Shown here in pieces: positions 61,988 to 64,000 of a stretch of 64,000 nucleotides of DNA. Location of the stretch: positions 104,790 through 168,789 of the forward strand of contig JACTUA010000005.1 of NCBI GenBank assembly GCA_015660865.1, read 5' to 3'. A program made the translations under genes and the position numbers. Each line of letters begins with the position of its first letter. Position 1 is the first letter of the stretch. This DNA is from Methanomicrobiales archaeon (GTDB lineage: Archaea; Halobacteriota; Methanomicrobia; Methanomicrobiales; JACTUA01). The notes beneath the pieces were generated by a model, which was not told the origin of the DNA, made no database searches, and saw only the letters and a program-made list of their open reading frames with translations.

Positions 61988-62673
61988 AGCGCATCCCTCA
62001 CGTCGCCCGGGGTGATATTTTCGGGAATTATACCCTTGTCAAGGGCAGCACGGATGTACCGCGGCGGCCGTGACCACCGCCGGATGGCCTCAGGCACCCT
62101 ACCCAGGGAGACAAGCCGGCCGGCCTGGATCTCCCAGAGCTCGTCCACCCTTGGGAGGATCTCATCTTCGTGGGTGAAGATGATGGTGATCCCCTCCCGC
62201 CGTTCACCAAGCCGCCGGGAGAATGACTCCTTCCAGGCGCAGTCGAGGGAGCTGTAGGGCTCGTCCAGGATGAGGAGGTCCCACTCCCAGGCGAGGATGC
62301 ACGAGAGGACCAGGCGTTTCAGCTCGCCCTGGCTGCACCGGAGGACGTCCTCCCCGCCCCTCCCCGAGAGCCCCGCGGTTTTGAGGACCGATGCAGGAAG
62401 AAGCCCCCAGGAGGCTGCCTCCCCCGCAAGGGTATCGCCCGTGATGTGGTACTCGGGGAATGGAAGGGAGAGGATCCGGGACCTGATCCCTTCCTCCCCG
62501 ATCCGCCCGGCCACGGGCAGGAGCGCCCCTTCGAGGGCGAGGGCGAGGGTGGACTTCCCGCTCCCGACAGGGCCCGTGACCAGGTGGACCCCTTCGGAGA
62601 AGGTGCCCGAAGCCTCAAGCTGGAACGAGCCCCGCCGTATGATCACGTCGTCCAGAATGGCCCTCATCGACAC
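61969..62673 (-). CDS. ECF/ABC ATPase
   Basis: GPVGSGKST, SQGE, LILDEP, THE. Confidence 0.8.
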   Translation of the reverse strand: MSMRAILDDVIIRRGSFQLEASGTFSEGVHLVTGPVGSGKSTLALALEGALLPVAGRIGEEGIRSRILSLPFPEYHITGDTLAGEAASWGLLPASVLKTAGLSGRGGEDVLRCSQGELKRLVLSCILAWEWDLLILDEPYSSLDCAWKESFSRRLGERREGITIIFTHEDEILPRVDELWEIQAGRLVSLGRVPEAIRRWSRPPRYIRAALDKGIIPENITPGDVRDALCRTPG

Positions 62674-63332
62674 CCCCAGGAGGGCGGGTGGAACGGGGTG
62701 CCGGTGAGGGCTGCAAAGACCGCTGTCGGGTTTCCGGAATGAAGGACCCGGCCCCTCTCCAGGAAGAGGATGTGATCCGCCCTGGCCGCGAGTTCCATCC
62801 GCTGGGTGGCCTGGAGGACGTGGGAGCAGGATATGCCCCTGATCAGGCCTTCCACCGTGCCGGCGCTCTCCTGGTCCAGGTTCGAATCTGTCTCGTCCAG
62901 GATCAGGATGTCAGGCTTCGCAGCGAGGGCAGCCGCAAGTGCAACCAGGGCCTTCTCGCCAGCCGAGAGATCCCTCGTCTCCCGTCCGAGGAGTTCCCCG
63001 ATCCCGAGCTCCCCGGTAAGAGCCTTCACCCGTTCATCCACGAAGGGGCATGGATCGTTCCGGAACCTGAGCGGGGATGAGATCTCGTCGGAGACCCGGT
63101 GGAAGATGATCTCACGTTCAGGCTGCTCCCCCACCCACCCCACCTCCCTCGACCGCGGCGCGAGGCCGTCGATGAGGATCTCCCCCGCGACGGGGAGATC
63201 GATCCCTGCCAGGAGCCGGAGGAGGGTCGTCTTCCCGCCGCCGTTCGGCCCGATGACCGCCACTCTCCCGGCGGGAATGAGAAGGTCCGGGATCTCCAGG
63301 ATCCGGTGGGAGACCCCTCGGATGGCGATCAC
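62664..63332 (-). CDS. ECF/ABC ATPase
   Basis: GPNGGGKTT, LSAGE, LILDE. Confidence 0.8.
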   Translation of the reverse strand: MIAIRGVSHRILEIPDLLIPAGRVAVIGPNGGGKTTLLRLLAGIDLPVAGEILIDGLAPRSREVGWVGEQPEREIIFHRVSDEISSPLRFRNDPCPFVDERVKALTGELGIGELLGRETRDLSAGEKALVALAAALAAKPDILILDETDSNLDQESAGTVEGLIRGISCSHVLQATQRMELAARADHILFLERGRVLHSGNPTAVFAALTGTPFHPPSWGCR

Positions 63333-63838
63333 CTAAGCCGCTCCCCCAGGAGAAAGACCCCGGCGCCCTTAAGGATGTCACCAGGGAGGAACAGGAGTAC
63401 TCCGACGAGCAATGCGGCAGGGAGGGAGATACCCGCCGAGAGGAGGAGCCAGGCGGCCCCGCAGCCATAGATGATGATGGTCCCCGCAGCCAGCCCGGCG
63501 ATCCGGATCATCCGGGACCTCTTCTCGTATGCGAGCCCTGCGACCGCGGCTGCCGGAATAAAGCCGGCGAGGAACCCACCGGAGGGGCCGAGGAGGACCC
63601 CGATCCCCGAGAGGCCGGAATGGAAGACCGGGAGGTTCAGGGCCCCCAGGAGAAGATAGAGAGAGGCAGGGACGACCGCCCTGCGCTTCATCACCGGCGC
63701 GGCAAGGAGGAGGAAAAAGGTCTGGAGGGTAACGGGGACCGGCCCGACGGGGAAGGCGGCCCAGGCACCCGCGGCGAGGAGGGCGATGAAGGTTGCGGAC
63801 CGGGCAAGGAGAGCGGTGCGCTCGGGGTTTCCGTGCAT
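63329..63838 (-). CDS. bioY: Biotin transporter BioY
   Basis: GPVPVTLQT, YLLLGALNLPVF, GPSGGFLAGF, PGDILK. Confidence 0.9.
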   Translation of the reverse strand: MHGNPERTALLARSATFIALLAAGAWAAFPVGPVPVTLQTFFLLLAAPVMKRRAVVPASLYLLLGALNLPVFHSGLSGIGVLLGPSGGFLAGFIPAAAVAGLAYEKRSRMIRIAGLAAGTIIIYGCGAAWLLLSAGISLPAALLVGVLLFLPGDILKGAGVFLLGERLR

Positions 63839-63844
63839 GGGACA

Positions 63845-64000
63845 CTAGATGTGGCGGCAGTCCCCGGCGATGACCCGCTCCACGGCCCCCGTCTCCTTTC
63901 TCACGAGGAGTGCCCCGAACTCGTCGATATCCACCGCCTCCCCCTCGAAGGTCTTTGCAAGGGTCGTGATCCTGACCCGGTGGCCCAGGGTGAGGGAGAG
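63845..64000 (-). CDS. birA: Biotin-protein ligase BirA, C-terminal fragment (runs off the window edge)
   Basis: Manual translation TLGHRVRI..FEGEAVDIDEFGALLV..VIAGDC*. Confidence 0.8.
   Translation of the reverse strand, partial: LSLTLGHRVRITTLAKTFEGEAVDIDEFGALLVRKETGAVERVIAGDCRHI

Overview
Chromosomal segment of a GC-rich methanogenic archaeon. Mmp10, DUF2115, PycAB, an intron-containing tRNA-Met and the codon style are most consistent with Methanomicrobiales; this assignment is inference. Housekeeping blocks (fumarase/aspartase-sdhBA/korAB, mmp10-pepN, dph6-GATase-aguBA, pycAB-bioY/ECF-birA) are interrupted by two accessory regions. (1) A ~6 kb katG-ahbDABC cassette encoding catalase-peroxidase plus its own alternative heme-b pathway. 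It is bracketed by a 13-bp direct repeat of the tRNA-Thr(TGT) 3' end (9420-9432 and 15470-15482). (2) A ~21 kb defence/toxin-antitoxin hotspot (about 35.2-56.9 kb). It holds an AT-rich DNA phosphorothioation locus dndBCDEA-pbeABCD whose PbeD carries an extra HEPN (RxxxxH) domain, plus RelBE, Fic, two MNT-HEPN pairs, orphan antitoxins and a GIY-YIG protein. In this hotspot, cargo is twice sandwiched between an intact gene and a frameshifted copy of that gene's 3' end (HAD/HAD' and queC/queC'), and no integrase is visible. All product calls come from motif recognition; no database searches were run.
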